DNA of 32,000 bases from Candidatus Johnevansia muelleri (GCA_000953435.1 LM655252.1:210001-242000), one strand, 5' to 3'. Shown: positions 21,849-32,000, counted from the first letter of the stretch. Made by a program: numbers and translations. Notes: generated from the letters alone by a model not told the origin.

Positions 21849-21933
21849 TTATATTTTATTCTTATTAAATAGATTTTAAAAATGTAAAATTAATTTTTAT
21901 AATAAATAATTAATATTTATTTTTAGGAATATT

Positions 21934-22068
21934 ATGAAACGTACATTTCAACCAAGTATTATTAAAAAAAATAGAAATTATGGTTTTAGATATCGTATGT
22001 CTTATAAAAATGGTATAAAAATATTATCACGACGTCGTAAAAAAATGCGGTATTATTTAACAATATAA
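21934..22068 (+). CDS. rpmH: 50S ribosomal protein L34
   Basis: Below the ORF-track size cutoff, so I translated it by hand: [44 protein letters not shown] (44 aa, TAA at 22066-22068). The canonical L34 start is [14 protein letters not shown] Shine-Dalgarno upstream. rnpA starts 2 nt after the stop. Confidence 0.93.
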   Translation: MKRTFQPSIIKKNRNYGFRYRMSYKNGIKILSRRRKKMRYYLTI

Positions 22069-22069
22069 T

Positions 22070-22357
22070 ATGAAATATAATTGTCATAAAAAAATATTAA
22101 AAATATTTAGTAATAATTTTATTATTTTTATTAATTTAAATAAAAAAATATTATTAATTTTTAAAAAAAAACACCATAAAAAAGCAATTGATCGTAATTT
22201 ATTAAAACGTTTATCTAGAGAATATATAAGATTACATAAAAATAAACTATCATCTATTATTATAATTTCTAGAAAAAGTTTTATAATAAATAAAAAAAAA
22301 ATATTTAAAATATTAAAATTTATTTTTCAACTAATTTATTTTTATAATAAAAAATAA
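22070..22357 (+). CDS. rnpA: Ribonuclease P protein component (shortened)
   Basis: 95-aa basic ORF directly after rpmH (conserved rpmH-rnpA pair). Contains the RNR-type motif AIDRNLLKRLSREYIRL. Shorter than the ~119-aa E. coli protein. Confidence 0.8.
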   Translation: MKYNCHKKILKIFSNNFIIFINLNKKILLIFKKKHHKKAIDRNLLKRLSREYIRLHKNKLSSIIIISRKSFIINKKKIFKILKFIFQLIYFYNKK

Positions 22358-22361
22358 TTTT

Positions 22362-23732
22362 ATGTATCATAAGCTATTTACAAAAATAAAAGATACTATT
22401 ACTGCACAATCTACTCCTTCAGGACGTGGTGGTATAGGAATTGTACGGGTTTCAGGAAATAAAGTTAAAAGTATTGCTAAAGGAATACTAGGATTTCAAC
22501 CTAAACCTAGATATGCCCATTATGGTTCATTTATTGGTAATAAATATGAAATTATTGATGAAGGCATTGCATTATTTTTTTTAAAACCCCATTCTTTAAC
22601 TGGTGAAGATATACTTGAAATTCAATCACATGGTGGTCCTATTATAATAGATTATATTATTGAAAGAACTATAAATTTGGGAGCTAGATTAGCACGTCCA
22701 GGTGAATTTTTAGAGAGAGCATTTATTAATAATAAAATTGATTTAATAAAAGCTGAAGGAATTAATGATTTAATAGAAGCAAATTCACGTATAGCTGCAC
22801 AAAATGCTATATATTGTATACAAGGTAACTTATCTAATATATTAAATACTTTAATAAAAGAATTTATTAAATTACGTATAAATTTAGAATATGCAATAAA
22901 TTTTCCTGATGAAAATATAGATTTTTTAAAATATAATATATTTAAAAAATTTTCTTTTTTAAAAAAAAATCTATCAAATTTATTAAATAAATCAACACAA
23001 AATTTAAAAATACGGGAGGGAATTAATGTTGTTATTATAGGACAACCTAATGTTGGTAAATCTAGTTTATTAAATGCACTAACTGAAAAAGAAAGTGCTA
23101 TTGTTACTGATATAGCAGGAACTACACGAGATGTAATACATGAATATATTTATATTCATGGAATACAAATTAATTTAATTGATACAGCTGGATTATGTGA
23201 AACATTAAATACAGTAGAAAAAATTGGAATTAAACGTGCCTGGACAGAAATAAAAAAAGCTGATCACATACTATTAGTAATTGATGCTAGTAAAGCTATA
23301 AACATTAATTTAAATCATCCGTCAATAAAAATTTTATTAAATTTACCTGATTTAAATAAAATTACAATAATATATAATAAAATTGATCTTATTAATCCAC
23401 AAATTAATGAATACTTATCATCTAGTATTCCAACAATTATTCCATTGTCAACCAAAAATGGGGTAGGTATAGAAAAATTAAAAATACATTTAAAAAAAAT
23501 AATGAAGTTAAATACTATTTATGGTAAATTTTATACTAATAGACGACACATAAATGTTATAGAAAATGCTTTAAAAATATTAGAAAAAAATAAAATTAAA
23601 AAAATAGATTATATTGAATTATTAGCAGAAGATTTGCGATATGCGCAAAATATTATTTCTACAATTACTGGCGAATTTACTTCAGAAAATTTATTAAATG
23701 AGATATTTAATAATTTTTGTATAGGAAAATAA
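22362..23732 (+). CDS. mnmE: tRNA modification GTPase MnmE (TrmE)
   Basis: 456-aa ORF. N-terminal TIxAQSTPxGRGGIGIVRVSG, G-domain motifs GQPNVGKSSLLN, GTTRD, DTAGL, NKIDL, and the C-terminal CIGK tetrapeptide. Confidence 0.95.
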   Translation: MYHKLFTKIKDTITAQSTPSGRGGIGIVRVSGNKVKSIAKGILGFQPKPRYAHYGSFIGNKYEIIDEGIALFFLKPHSLTGEDILEIQSHGGPIIIDYIIERTINLGARLARPGEFLERAFINNKIDLIKAEGINDLIEANSRIAAQNAIYCIQGNLSNILNTLIKEFIKLRINLEYAINFPDENIDFLKYNIFKKFSFLKKNLSNLLNKSTQNLKIREGINVVIIGQPNVGKSSLLNALTEKESAIVTDIAGTTRDVIHEYIYIHGIQINLIDTAGLCETLNTVEKIGIKRAWTEIKKADHILLVIDASKAININLNHPSIKILLNLPDLNKITIIYNKIDLINPQINEYLSSSIPTIIPLSTKNGVGIEKLKIHLKKIMKLNTIYGKFYTNRRHINVIENALKILEKNKIKKIDYIELLAEDLRYAQNIISTITGEFTSENLLNEIFNNFCIGK

Positions 23733-23759
23733 TATACATTTAATATATTTTGGATATAT

Positions 23760-24101
23760 ATGAAAAATTTACATAAATCATTAATTATTACTAATAAAGC
23801 AGCTAATTGTCTTAAAAAATTAATTAATGAAAAAAATTATAAAATTTTACGTATTGGTATTATAGGAGGTGGTTGTTCAGGGTTAAAATATAATTTTTAT
23901 TTTACTAAAAATTTAAATAATGATGATATAAGAATTAAAAATATTAATAATATTGAAATAATAATAGATTCATTTAGTTATCAATATTTACTTGGTTCAA
24001 CTCTTGATTATGAAGAAGAACTTCTTGGATCAAAATTTATTATTAAAAATCCTAATGCTATAACTACTTGTAGTTGTGGGGCATCTTTTAGTATTTCTTG
24101 A
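23760..24101 (+). CDS. erpA: A-type iron-sulfur cluster insertion protein (ErpA/IscA family)
   Basis: 113-aa ORF with GGGCSGLKY and the C-terminal NPNAITTCSCGASFSI, which give the three conserved Cys of the HesB/IscA family. The NPNA..C.CG.SF tail resembles ErpA. Confidence 0.75.
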   Translation: MKNLHKSLIITNKAANCLKKLINEKNYKILRIGIIGGGCSGLKYNFYFTKNLNNDDIRIKNINNIEIIIDSFSYQYLLGSTLDYEEELLGSKFIIKNPNAITTCSCGASFSIS

Positions 24102-24125
24102 TTATAAATATTTTAAAAATTAAAT

Positions 24126-26003
24126 ATGAGCATTAATAAATTTGACGTTATTGTAATAGGAGGAGGGCATGCAGGTACAGAAGCAGCATTAGCTTCTGCA
24201 CGTATAGGTGTTAAAACTTTACTTATTACACATAATATTAATACAATTGGTAAAACATCATGTAATCCAGCTATAGGTGGAATAGGAAAAAGTAATTTAG
24301 TAAAAGAAATAGATGCTATGGGTGGAGTTATGGCATTAGCAACTGATTTAGCAGGAATACAATTTAGAATATTAAACTCAAGAAAAGGTTCTGCAGTACA
24401 TGCAACTCGTGCACAAATTGATTGTAATTTATATAAATTAGCAATTCAATATTTTATTAAAAAACAAAAAAATTTATCAATTTTACAACAAACTGTTATT
24501 GATTTAATAATAAAACACGGACAAGTTTATGGTGTAATTTGTTTAAAAGAAATTTTTTTTTATAGTAAAACAGTTATTTTATGTACTGGAACTTTTCTCT
24601 CTGGTAAAATATATATTGGTTTATATAATTATACTGGCGGGAGAGCAGGTGATCCTAGTACTAAAATGCTTTCTATAAGATTACGTGAATTAACAAATAT
24701 TGCGCGCCTTAAAACAGGAACACCTCCCAGAATTGATGCAAGAACTGTAGATTTTTCATCTTTAGAAATTCAAAAAGGTGATATTCCTACTCCTATTATG
24801 TCATATATAGGTAATATTAAATTACATCCTAGTCAAATAAATTGTTTTATAACACATACTAATGAACATACTCACGAAATTATTAGAGCTAATTTAAATT
24901 ATTCACCTATGTATTGTGATTTAATTGAAGGTATAGGACCTAGATATTGTCCTTCTATAGAAGATAAAATATCAAAATTTCCTAATAAATTAAGTCATCA
25001 AATTTTTATTGAACCTGTTGGTTTAAATACATATGAACTTTATCCTAATGGTATATCTACTTCTCTTCCTTTTAATATTCAAATTAAAATGATTCGTTCT
25101 ATTAAAGGTTTTGAAAATTCACATATTATTAATCCTGGTTATGCAATAGAATACGATTTTATAGATCCTAGATATTTATATCCCTGGATGGAAACAAGAT
25201 TTATTAAAAATCTTTTTTTAGCTGGTCAAATTAATGGAACAACAGGATATGAAGAAGCAGGGGCACAGGGGATAATAGCAGGTTTAAATGCTGCTAGACG
25301 TGGTAAAAATTTATATATGTGGTATCCGCGTCGTGATGAAGCATATATGGGGGTTATGATTGATGATTTAATTTGTAAAGGTACTCAAGAACCATATCGT
25401 ATGTTTACATCACGTTCAGAATATAGATTATTATTACGTGAAGATAATGCTGATTTAAGATTAACAGAAATAGGTAGAAAACTATTATTAGTAGATGATA
25501 TACGGTTTTTAGCATTTGATTTGAAATATAAAGCTCTAAAAATAGAAAAAGAATTATTTATAAAAAATTGTATTAATATTGAACATTTAAATATATTAGA
25601 AAATAAACTTTTTATTATTTCAAAAAAATATTCTTTATTTTATTTATTACATAATACTGAATTAAATTATAAAAATATTATTTTTTTAAAAAAAGGATAT
25701 TTTATTAAAATAGATGTTATTTCAAAACAAATACAAATTAAAGAAAAATATGCAGGATATATAGAGAGACAAAAAAAAGAAATTAAAAATTTACATATAT
25801 ATGAAAAAACTATAATACCTTTAAATATAGATTATAATAATATATATGGTTTATCTATAGAAATTAAACAACAATTAAATAGAATTAGACCACAAACATT
25901 AGCTCAAGCAGGAAGAATTACAGGAGTTACCCCATCTGCAATTAATTTAATTATATTTTATATAAAAAATTATAATAATATTAAAATCCAAAATGTTTTA
26001 TAA
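24126..26003 (+). CDS. mnmG: tRNA uridine 5-carboxymethylaminomethyl modification enzyme MnmG (GidA)
   Basis: 625-aa ORF. FAD-binding N-terminus FDVIVIGGGHAGTEAA, plus SCNPAIGGIGKSNLVKEIDAMGG, GPRYCPSIEDK and AGQINGTTGYEEAGAQG. Confidence 0.96.
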   Translation: MSINKFDVIVIGGGHAGTEAALASARIGVKTLLITHNINTIGKTSCNPAIGGIGKSNLVKEIDAMGGVMALATDLAGIQFRILNSRKGSAVHATRAQIDCNLYKLAIQYFIKKQKNLSILQQTVIDLIIKHGQVYGVICLKEIFFYSKTVILCTGTFLSGKIYIGLYNYTGGRAGDPSTKMLSIRLRELTNIARLKTGTPPRIDARTVDFSSLEIQKGDIPTPIMSYIGNIKLHPSQINCFITHTNEHTHEIIRANLNYSPMYCDLIEGIGPRYCPSIEDKISKFPNKLSHQIFIEPVGLNTYELYPNGISTSLPFNIQIKMIRSIKGFENSHIINPGYAIEYDFIDPRYLYPWMETRFIKNLFLAGQINGTTGYEEAGAQGIIAGLNAARRGKNLYMWYPRRDEAYMGVMIDDLICKGTQEPYRMFTSRSEYRLLLREDNADLRLTEIGRKLLLVDDIRFLAFDLKYKALKIEKELFIKNCINIEHLNILENKLFIISKKYSLFYLLHNTELNYKNIIFLKKGYFIKIDVISKQIQIKEKYAGYIERQKKEIKNLHIYEKTIIPLNIDYNNIYGLSIEIKQQLNRIRPQTLAQAGRITGVTPSAINLIIFYIKNYNNIKIQNVL

Positions 26004-26265
26004 TGATAATTCATCTATTGTAATAAATTGTATTTTAGGTGGATGTATAAATATAATTATTATTGTTTTTTATTATATATATTTATTTAAAACTAAATAT
26101 AATATTTATATTGCAGAATATGGTAAATTTTTCTTAAATATAGCCCTATTTTATTTGGTATTTAAGTTTTTTTATATTTCACATCCAATATTTTTCTTTG
26201 GCACTTATATATTTATATCATTTATTAATTTTGTTTTATTCTTTCTTATAAATACATACCAATAG
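25993..26265 (+). CDS. Small hydrophobic membrane protein in the atpI position (putative AtpI-like)
   Basis: 90-aa ORF with about three predicted hydrophobic segments. It overlaps the mnmG 3' end by 11 nt and ends 12 nt before atpB, which is where atpI sits in proteobacterial atp operons. I recognise no sequence motif, so the call rests on position and hydrophobicity only. Confidence 0.35.
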   Translation: MFYNDNSSIVINCILGGCINIIIIVFYYIYLFKTKYNIYIAEYGKFFLNIALFYLVFKFFYISHPIFFFGTYIFISFINFVLFFLINTYQ

Positions 26266-27105
<840 letters not shown>

Positions 27106-27209
27106 ATTAAATAAATATTTAATTTATTTAATAAAATTAATTAATCTTGATTTTTTAATATAAATATGTTTAATTAAAATTAAACTACAAATATTTAAGG
27201 AATATATAA

Positions 27210-27449
27210 ATGGAAATTATATATATATCTTCATCTATTCTTATAGGATTGGGTGCTATTGCTACTGGAATAGGTTTTGGGATTTTAGGTGGTAAATTAC
27301 TAGAATCTACCGCTCGTCAACCGGAACTCAGTAACTTATTATTAAATAGGACATTTTTAATTACAGGATTACTTGATGCTGTACCTATGATAGGTGTAGG
27401 TATTGCATTATACTTAATATTTGTTGTTGCTCCTCATTATCATACTTAA
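27210..27449 (+). CDS. atpE: F0F1 ATP synthase subunit c
   Basis: 79-aa hairpin protein with the glycine-rich helix [16 protein letters not shown], the polar loop ARQPE, and the proton-binding carboxylate in [21 protein letters not shown] Shine-Dalgarno upstream. Confidence 0.95.
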   Translation: MEIIYISSSILIGLGAIATGIGFGILGGKLLESTARQPELSNLLLNRTFLITGLLDAVPMIGVGIALYLIFVVAPHYHT

Positions 27450-27458
27450 AACTTTTAT

Positions 27459-27929
27459 ATGAATGTTAATTTAACAATTATAGGACAAATAATAACTTTT
27501 ATAATTTTTCTATTATTTTTCCTTAAATATGTTTGGCCTCCTATATATAAAAATTTGAATGAACGTACACAAAAAATTTCTGAAGGTATTAAATCTGCTG
27601 ATTTAGCTAATAAAGAATTTTATAATGTTAAAAAAACTATTAATAAAATACTTAATAAAACAATAAAAGAATCAAATAAAATTATTATAAATGCAAATTT
27701 AAAGTCCAATTTAATTATTACTGAAGGGAGGGAAATTGCTTTTATAGAAAATAAAAGAATACTTAAAAATGCAAAAATATTAATTTATAATGAAATAGTT
27801 CATGTAAAACAAGTATTACGTAATCATATAAGTGAAATCATTATAATGTGTACTGACCAGATACTCCAATCAGCTAGTGATTATAAATCACATAGTAAAA
27901 TTATTAATAAATTTCTTCTTTTTTTTTAA
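27459..27929 (+). CDS. atpF: F0F1 ATP synthase subunit b
   Basis: 156-aa ORF. MNVNLTIIGQIITFIIFLLFFLKYVWPPI matches E. coli b ([29 protein letters not shown]), followed by a charged helical region. Confidence 0.9.
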   Translation: MNVNLTIIGQIITFIIFLLFFLKYVWPPIYKNLNERTQKISEGIKSADLANKEFYNVKKTINKILNKTIKESNKIIINANLKSNLIITEGREIAFIENKRILKNAKILIYNEIVHVKQVLRNHISEIIIMCTDQILQSASDYKSHSKIINKFLLFF

Positions 27930-27940
27930 AGGTAATTATT

Positions 27941-28513
27941 ATGATACAATATAAAATTATTGCTATACAATATGCTAAAGCTGCATTTGAATTTGCATTA
28001 GAGCATAATAATTTAGATTTATGGTATAATATGTTTAAGTTTTTAACAAAATTAATAAATAATAATTGTTGTATTAAATATATTATTAAAAATATTAAAA
28101 TAGAAAGTAATAAAAAATTAGAATTACTAATTAATATATATAATGATTTTATGCATAATAAAAGTGATATTTACCATCTTAATTTTATAAAAATTATTGC
28201 TAAACAAAACCGTATTACACTTTTACCTATAATAGAAGAACAATATAAAATTTTATATGATTCTTATTATAAATATTTTTCTATAAAATTAGTAAGTGCT
28301 TATGAACTTAGTACTTATGAAAAAATTGAAATTCTTAAATCGCTTAAAAAGCGATATAATAGTAAGAATATATATATTATTAATATTTCAATTAATAAAT
28401 CATTAATTGGAGGGTTAATTATATATATCAATAATACAGTTATTGATTGCTCTTTATTGAGCAAGATTTTAAAATTAAAATATATTTTAAAAGGCAATAT
28501 ATTATGCAAATAG
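27941..28513 (+). CDS. atpH: F0F1 ATP synthase subunit delta
   Basis: 190-aa ORF. N-terminal [22 protein letters not shown] matches E. coli delta (VARPYAKAAFDFAVEH). Operon position between atpF and atpA. Confidence 0.88.
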   Translation: MIQYKIIAIQYAKAAFEFALEHNNLDLWYNMFKFLTKLINNNCCIKYIIKNIKIESNKKLELLINIYNDFMHNKSDIYHLNFIKIIAKQNRITLLPIIEEQYKILYDSYYKYFSIKLVSAYELSTYEKIEILKSLKKRYNSKNIYIINISINKSLIGGLIIYINNTVIDCSLLSKILKLKYILKGNILCK

Positions 28514-30060
28514 ATAATTCTGAAATCAGTAATATAATAAAAAAACGTATTAAACAAGGTAATATTAAATATGCAGAATCACATAATGAAGGTACTATTA
28601 TTAGTATTATAGATGGTATTGTTAGTATTTATGGACTTGATGATGCAATGTATGGAGAAATGATTCTATTTCCAGGTAATATTTATGGAATGGTGCTTAA
28701 TTTAGAACGTTATAGTGTAGGGGTTATTGTTTTAGGAGACTATAAACAACTTCAAGAAGGTATGATCGCAAAATGTACAGGTAAAATTTTAGAAATACCA
28801 GTAGGACCAGAATTAGTAGGTAGAGTTGTAGATGCATTAGGTAATCCTATAGATAATAAAGGTGAAATATATACTAAAGTTATGGATGCTGTAGAAAAAA
28901 TTGCCCCTGGTGTTATTTCACGTAAAAGTGTAACTCAACCGATTCATACTGGTTTAAAAGCTATTGATGCAATGGTACCAATTGGTATGGGTCAGAGAGA
29001 ATTAATTATAGGTGATCGTCAAATAGGTAAATCTTCAATAGCTATTGATACAATAATTAATCAAAAATATAAAGATATTATTTGTATATATGTGGCTATA
29101 GGTCAAAAACAATCAAATATTGCTAATATGGTTAGTAAACTTGAAGAATATGGTGCTATGAATCATACTATTGTGGTTATAGCAGGAGCTTCTGATCCTG
29201 CTGCTCTGCAATATTTAGCACCTTATAGTGGTTGTACTATGGGGGAATATTTTCGTGATAGAGGACAAGATGCTTTAATAGTGTATGATGATCTTACAAA
29301 ACAAGCTTGGGCATATCGTCAAATTTCATTATTACTTAAACGGCCACCTGGAAGAGAAGCTTATCCAGGTGATATTTTTTATTTACATTCACGTTTACTT
29401 GAACGTGCATCAAGAGTTAGTGCTAAGTATGTTGAAAATTTTACTAATGGAGAAATTAAAGGTAAAACAGGTTCATTAACTGCACTTCCAATTATTGAAA
29501 CTCAAGGTGGTGATGTATCTGCTTATGTTCCAACTAATGTAATATCAATTACTGATGGTCAAATTTTTTTAGAAACATCTATGTTTAATTCAGGAATTAG
29601 GCCTGCAATTAACGCAGGATTATCAGTATCACGTGTAGGTGGTTCTGCGCAAACTAATATAATAAAAAAATTAGGTGGACATATTAGACTTTCATTAGCA
29701 CAATATCGTGAGTTAGCTGCCTTTTCTCAATTTGCATCAGATCTTGATGAAAATACTCGTAAACAAATTGAACATGGTAAACGTGTTACAGAACTAATGA
29801 AACAAAAACAATTTAGACCTATGTCTGTTTCTGAAATAGCAATATCCTTATTTGCAGCAAATGAAAATTTTCTTAGTAATATTTCTGTCGATAATATTTT
29901 AAATTTTGAATCTAAACTTCTTGAATATATGCATATGGAACATAAATCTTTAATTTATGAAATAAATATAACTGGGGATTATAATAATCAAATTGAAAAT
30001 GAATTACGAAAATGTATTAAAAAATTTCAAAAAATTTATAAAAAATGTAATAATGAGTAG
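28504..30060 (+). CDS. atpA: F0F1 ATP synthase subunit alpha
   Basis: I trimmed the track ORF (28447..30060) to Met20. [18 protein letters not shown] aligns with the E. coli start MQLNSTEISELIKQRI, which gives a 10-nt overlap with atpH. Walker [16 protein letters not shown], and conserved [30 protein letters not shown]. Confidence 0.95.
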   Translation: MQIDNSEISNIIKKRIKQGNIKYAESHNEGTIISIIDGIVSIYGLDDAMYGEMILFPGNIYGMVLNLERYSVGVIVLGDYKQLQEGMIAKCTGKILEIPVGPELVGRVVDALGNPIDNKGEIYTKVMDAVEKIAPGVISRKSVTQPIHTGLKAIDAMVPIGMGQRELIIGDRQIGKSSIAIDTIINQKYKDIICIYVAIGQKQSNIANMVSKLEEYGAMNHTIVVIAGASDPAALQYLAPYSGCTMGEYFRDRGQDALIVYDDLTKQAWAYRQISLLLKRPPGREAYPGDIFYLHSRLLERASRVSAKYVENFTNGEIKGKTGSLTALPIIETQGGDVSAYVPTNVISITDGQIFLETSMFNSGIRPAINAGLSVSRVGGSAQTNIIKKLGGHIRLSLAQYRELAAFSQFASDLDENTRKQIEHGKRVTELMKQKQFRPMSVSEIAISLFAANENFLSNISVDNILNFESKLLEYMHMEHKSLIYEINITGDYNNQIENELRKCIKKFQKIYKKCNNE

Positions 30061-30064
30061 TTAC

Positions 30065-30384
30065 AAAACTGTATTGAACCATTTAAAAAAAACTGTATTG
30101 AACCATTTAAAAAAAAAACTGTATTGAACCATTTAAAAAAAAACTGTATTGAACCATTTAAAAAAAAACTGTATTGAAAAATTTAAAAAAAAACTGTATT
30201 GAAACATTTAAAAAAAAACTGTATTGAACCATTTAAAAAAAAACTGTATTGAACCATTTAAAAAAAAACTGTATTGAACCATTTAAAAAAAACTGTATTG
30301 AACCATTTAAAAAAAAACTGTATTGAACCATTTAAAAAAAAACTGTATTGAACCATTTAAAAAAAAAACTGTATTGAACCATTT
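30065..30384. repeat. Tandem direct repeat array: 13 copies, period 24-26 bp, core CTGTATTGAACCATTT plus an A8-10 linker
   Basis: Hand-counted core starts are 30069, 30093, 30119, 30144, 30169, 30194, 30219, 30244, 30269, 30293, 30318, 30343 and 30369. Eleven cores are identical. Copy 5 is CTGTATTGAAAAATTT and copy 6 is CTGTATTGAAACATTT. The linkers are pure A runs of 8, 10, 9, 9, 9, 9, 9, 9, 8, 9, 9 and 10 nt. The array lies entirely in the atpA-atpG spacer. Confidence 0.97.
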
Positions 30385-30397
30385 TATTATAAATTTT

Positions 30398-30402
30398 AAG
30401 GA
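30398..30402 (+). promoter_or_regulatory. Shine-Dalgarno sequence for atpG
   Basis: AAGGA lies 6 nt upstream of the atpG ATG (30409). The same AAGGA/AGGA element precedes pepA, tkt, atpE, rpmH and atpD in this window. Confidence 0.55.
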
Positions 30403-30408
30403 AAACTT

Positions 30409-31263
30409 ATGATTATAACAAAAGAAATAAAAACACAAATTAAAAGTATTGAAAGTATTAAAAAAATTACTAATGCTATGGAAATGGTATCTGCATCTAA
30501 AATGCGTAGATCACAAGAACGTATGTACGCATGTATACCTTATATGCATAAAATTACGAAAATATGTAAAAATATTGCAATTAATAATAATAATAATACA
30601 TATTTTATTAATCGTCCTATAAAAAATATAGGATATATATTAATTACTAGTGATCGAGGTCTTTGTGGGGGATTAAATATTAATGTATTTAAAATTATTT
30701 TAAATGATATACAAAAGATGTATAAATTAAATATAAATCATTCATTTTGTGTATTAGGAAACAAAGGTATAGATTTTTTTAAAAAATATGGCGGTAAGTT
30801 AATAGCTACTAAAGAAGACATTGGATATACACCTAGTATAAATAATATTATTGGACCCGTTAAAGTAATGTTAAATGCTTTTAATGAAGGTAAAATTGAT
30901 TGTTTGATGTTAGTTTCAAATAAATTTTTAAATACTATGATACAAAAACCTTTTTTACAAAAATTATTACCTATTCACTTTAAAAATTTAAAAAAAAATA
31001 ATCAAAATAATTATATATATGAAACTACAAATTATTCTAATTTAATAGATTGTATTATAGTAAGATATATTGAATCACAAGTTTATAAATCAATTATCGA
31101 AAATATTGCTTGTGAACAAGCAGCACGTATGATGGCTATGAAAAATGCAACAGAAAATGCATTTAACATCATTAAAGAATTAAAATTAATTTATAATAAA
31201 GCTAGACAAGCAGCCATTACTCAAGAAATTTCTGAAATAGTTAATGGTGCTGCTGCTGTTTAA
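30409..31263 (+). CDS. atpG: F0F1 ATP synthase subunit gamma
   Basis: 284-aa ORF. N-terminal KEIKTQIKSIESIKKITNAMEMVSASKMRRSQ and C-terminal YNKARQAAITQEISEIVNGAAAV are the canonical gamma-subunit termini. Confidence 0.94.
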   Translation: MIITKEIKTQIKSIESIKKITNAMEMVSASKMRRSQERMYACIPYMHKITKICKNIAINNNNNTYFINRPIKNIGYILITSDRGLCGGLNINVFKIILNDIQKMYKLNINHSFCVLGNKGIDFFKKYGGKLIATKEDIGYTPSINNIIGPVKVMLNAFNEGKIDCLMLVSNKFLNTMIQKPFLQKLLPIHFKNLKKNNQNNYIYETTNYSNLIDCIIVRYIESQVYKSIIENIACEQAARMMAMKNATENAFNIIKELKLIYNKARQAAITQEISEIVNGAAAV

Positions 31264-31276
31264 ATAATTTAAATAA

Positions 31277-32000
<724 letters not shown>

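Noticed and set aside
27107-27131. Hairpin after atpB (TTAAATAAAT-ATTTA-ATTTATTTAA) as a possible terminator or attenuator between atpB and atpE
   Set aside because: The stem is 10 bp of A/T only and has no following T-tract signature distinct from background. Palindromes like this are expected by chance at this composition and would be thermodynamically weak.
28447-28503. Upstream extension of atpA in the ORF track ([19 protein letters not shown])
   Set aside because: It lies inside the atpH coding sequence in another frame. The conserved alpha-subunit N-terminus [16 protein letters not shown] begins at 28504.
30065-30384. CRISPR array interpretation of the atpA-atpG repeats
   Set aside because: The 'spacers' between the 16-nt cores are only A8-10 runs, not unique 25-40 nt sequences. 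The unit is too short. There are no cas genes or leader in the window, and the array sits inside an operon.
30065-30384. Iteron-type replication origin at the tandem array (tempting because dnaA is missing)
   Set aside because: All genes from 21934 to the window end are on the + strand on both sides of the array. An origin here would put 8 kb of highly expressed genes head-on to replication. The core shows only about 5/9 identity to a DnaA box. The orientation switch is at 21.85-21.93 kb instead. I kept this only as something skew or coverage analysis would settle.
30065-30384. Small peptide ORFs on the minus strand of the repeat (ATG GTT CAA TAC AGT TTT ...)
   Set aside because: The ~25-bp period shifts the frame at each unit and reaches TAA after about 24 codons. 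There is no Shine-Dalgarno. The product would be a low-complexity, F-rich peptide antisense to the atp operon. There is no support for coding.

Overview
This window is extremely AT-rich (roughly 20% G+C by eye, not computed) and almost entirely coding. By my gene calls only about 1 kb of the 32 kb is intergenic, most gaps are 4-45 bp, and several genes overlap. It looks like a strongly reduced proteobacterial genome, most likely an obligate symbiont. It uses the standard code: conserved Trp is TGG and no long gene has an internal TGA. I cannot name the organism.

Content is housekeeping plus nutrient biosynthesis:
- 1-5.5 kb: argD (partial), pepA, valS.
- 5.5-15.4 kb: a same-strand minus block of metF, tRNA-Ala(UGC), rplU, rpmA, obg, rpsT, ileS, lspA, rluD, ilvI, ilvC.
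- 15.5-18.3 kb: tkt and a PEP-mutase/isocitrate-lyase-superfamily enzyme.
- 18.3-32 kb: gyrB, dnaN, then divergently rpmH, rnpA, mnmE, erpA, mnmG, an atpI-like ORF and atpB-E-F-H-A-G-D (atpD partial).

The second half matches the classical chromosomal origin neighbourhood of Pseudomonas and Betaproteobacteria, but dnaA, recF, yidC, rsmG, parA and parB are missing from their usual slots.

I found no defence system, mobile element, CRISPR array, toxin-antitoxin pair or obviously novel gene cassette. The one structure the genes do not explain is a near-perfect 13-copy, ~25-bp tandem array. It fills the atpA-atpG spacer inside the otherwise tightly packed ATP synthase operon.

Secondary observations are:
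- substitutions at normally invariant residues (Obg G3 motif, LspA catalytic Asp, IleRS zinc knuckle);
- clean loss of ilvH;
- long coding poly(A) tracts;
- convergent gene overlaps.
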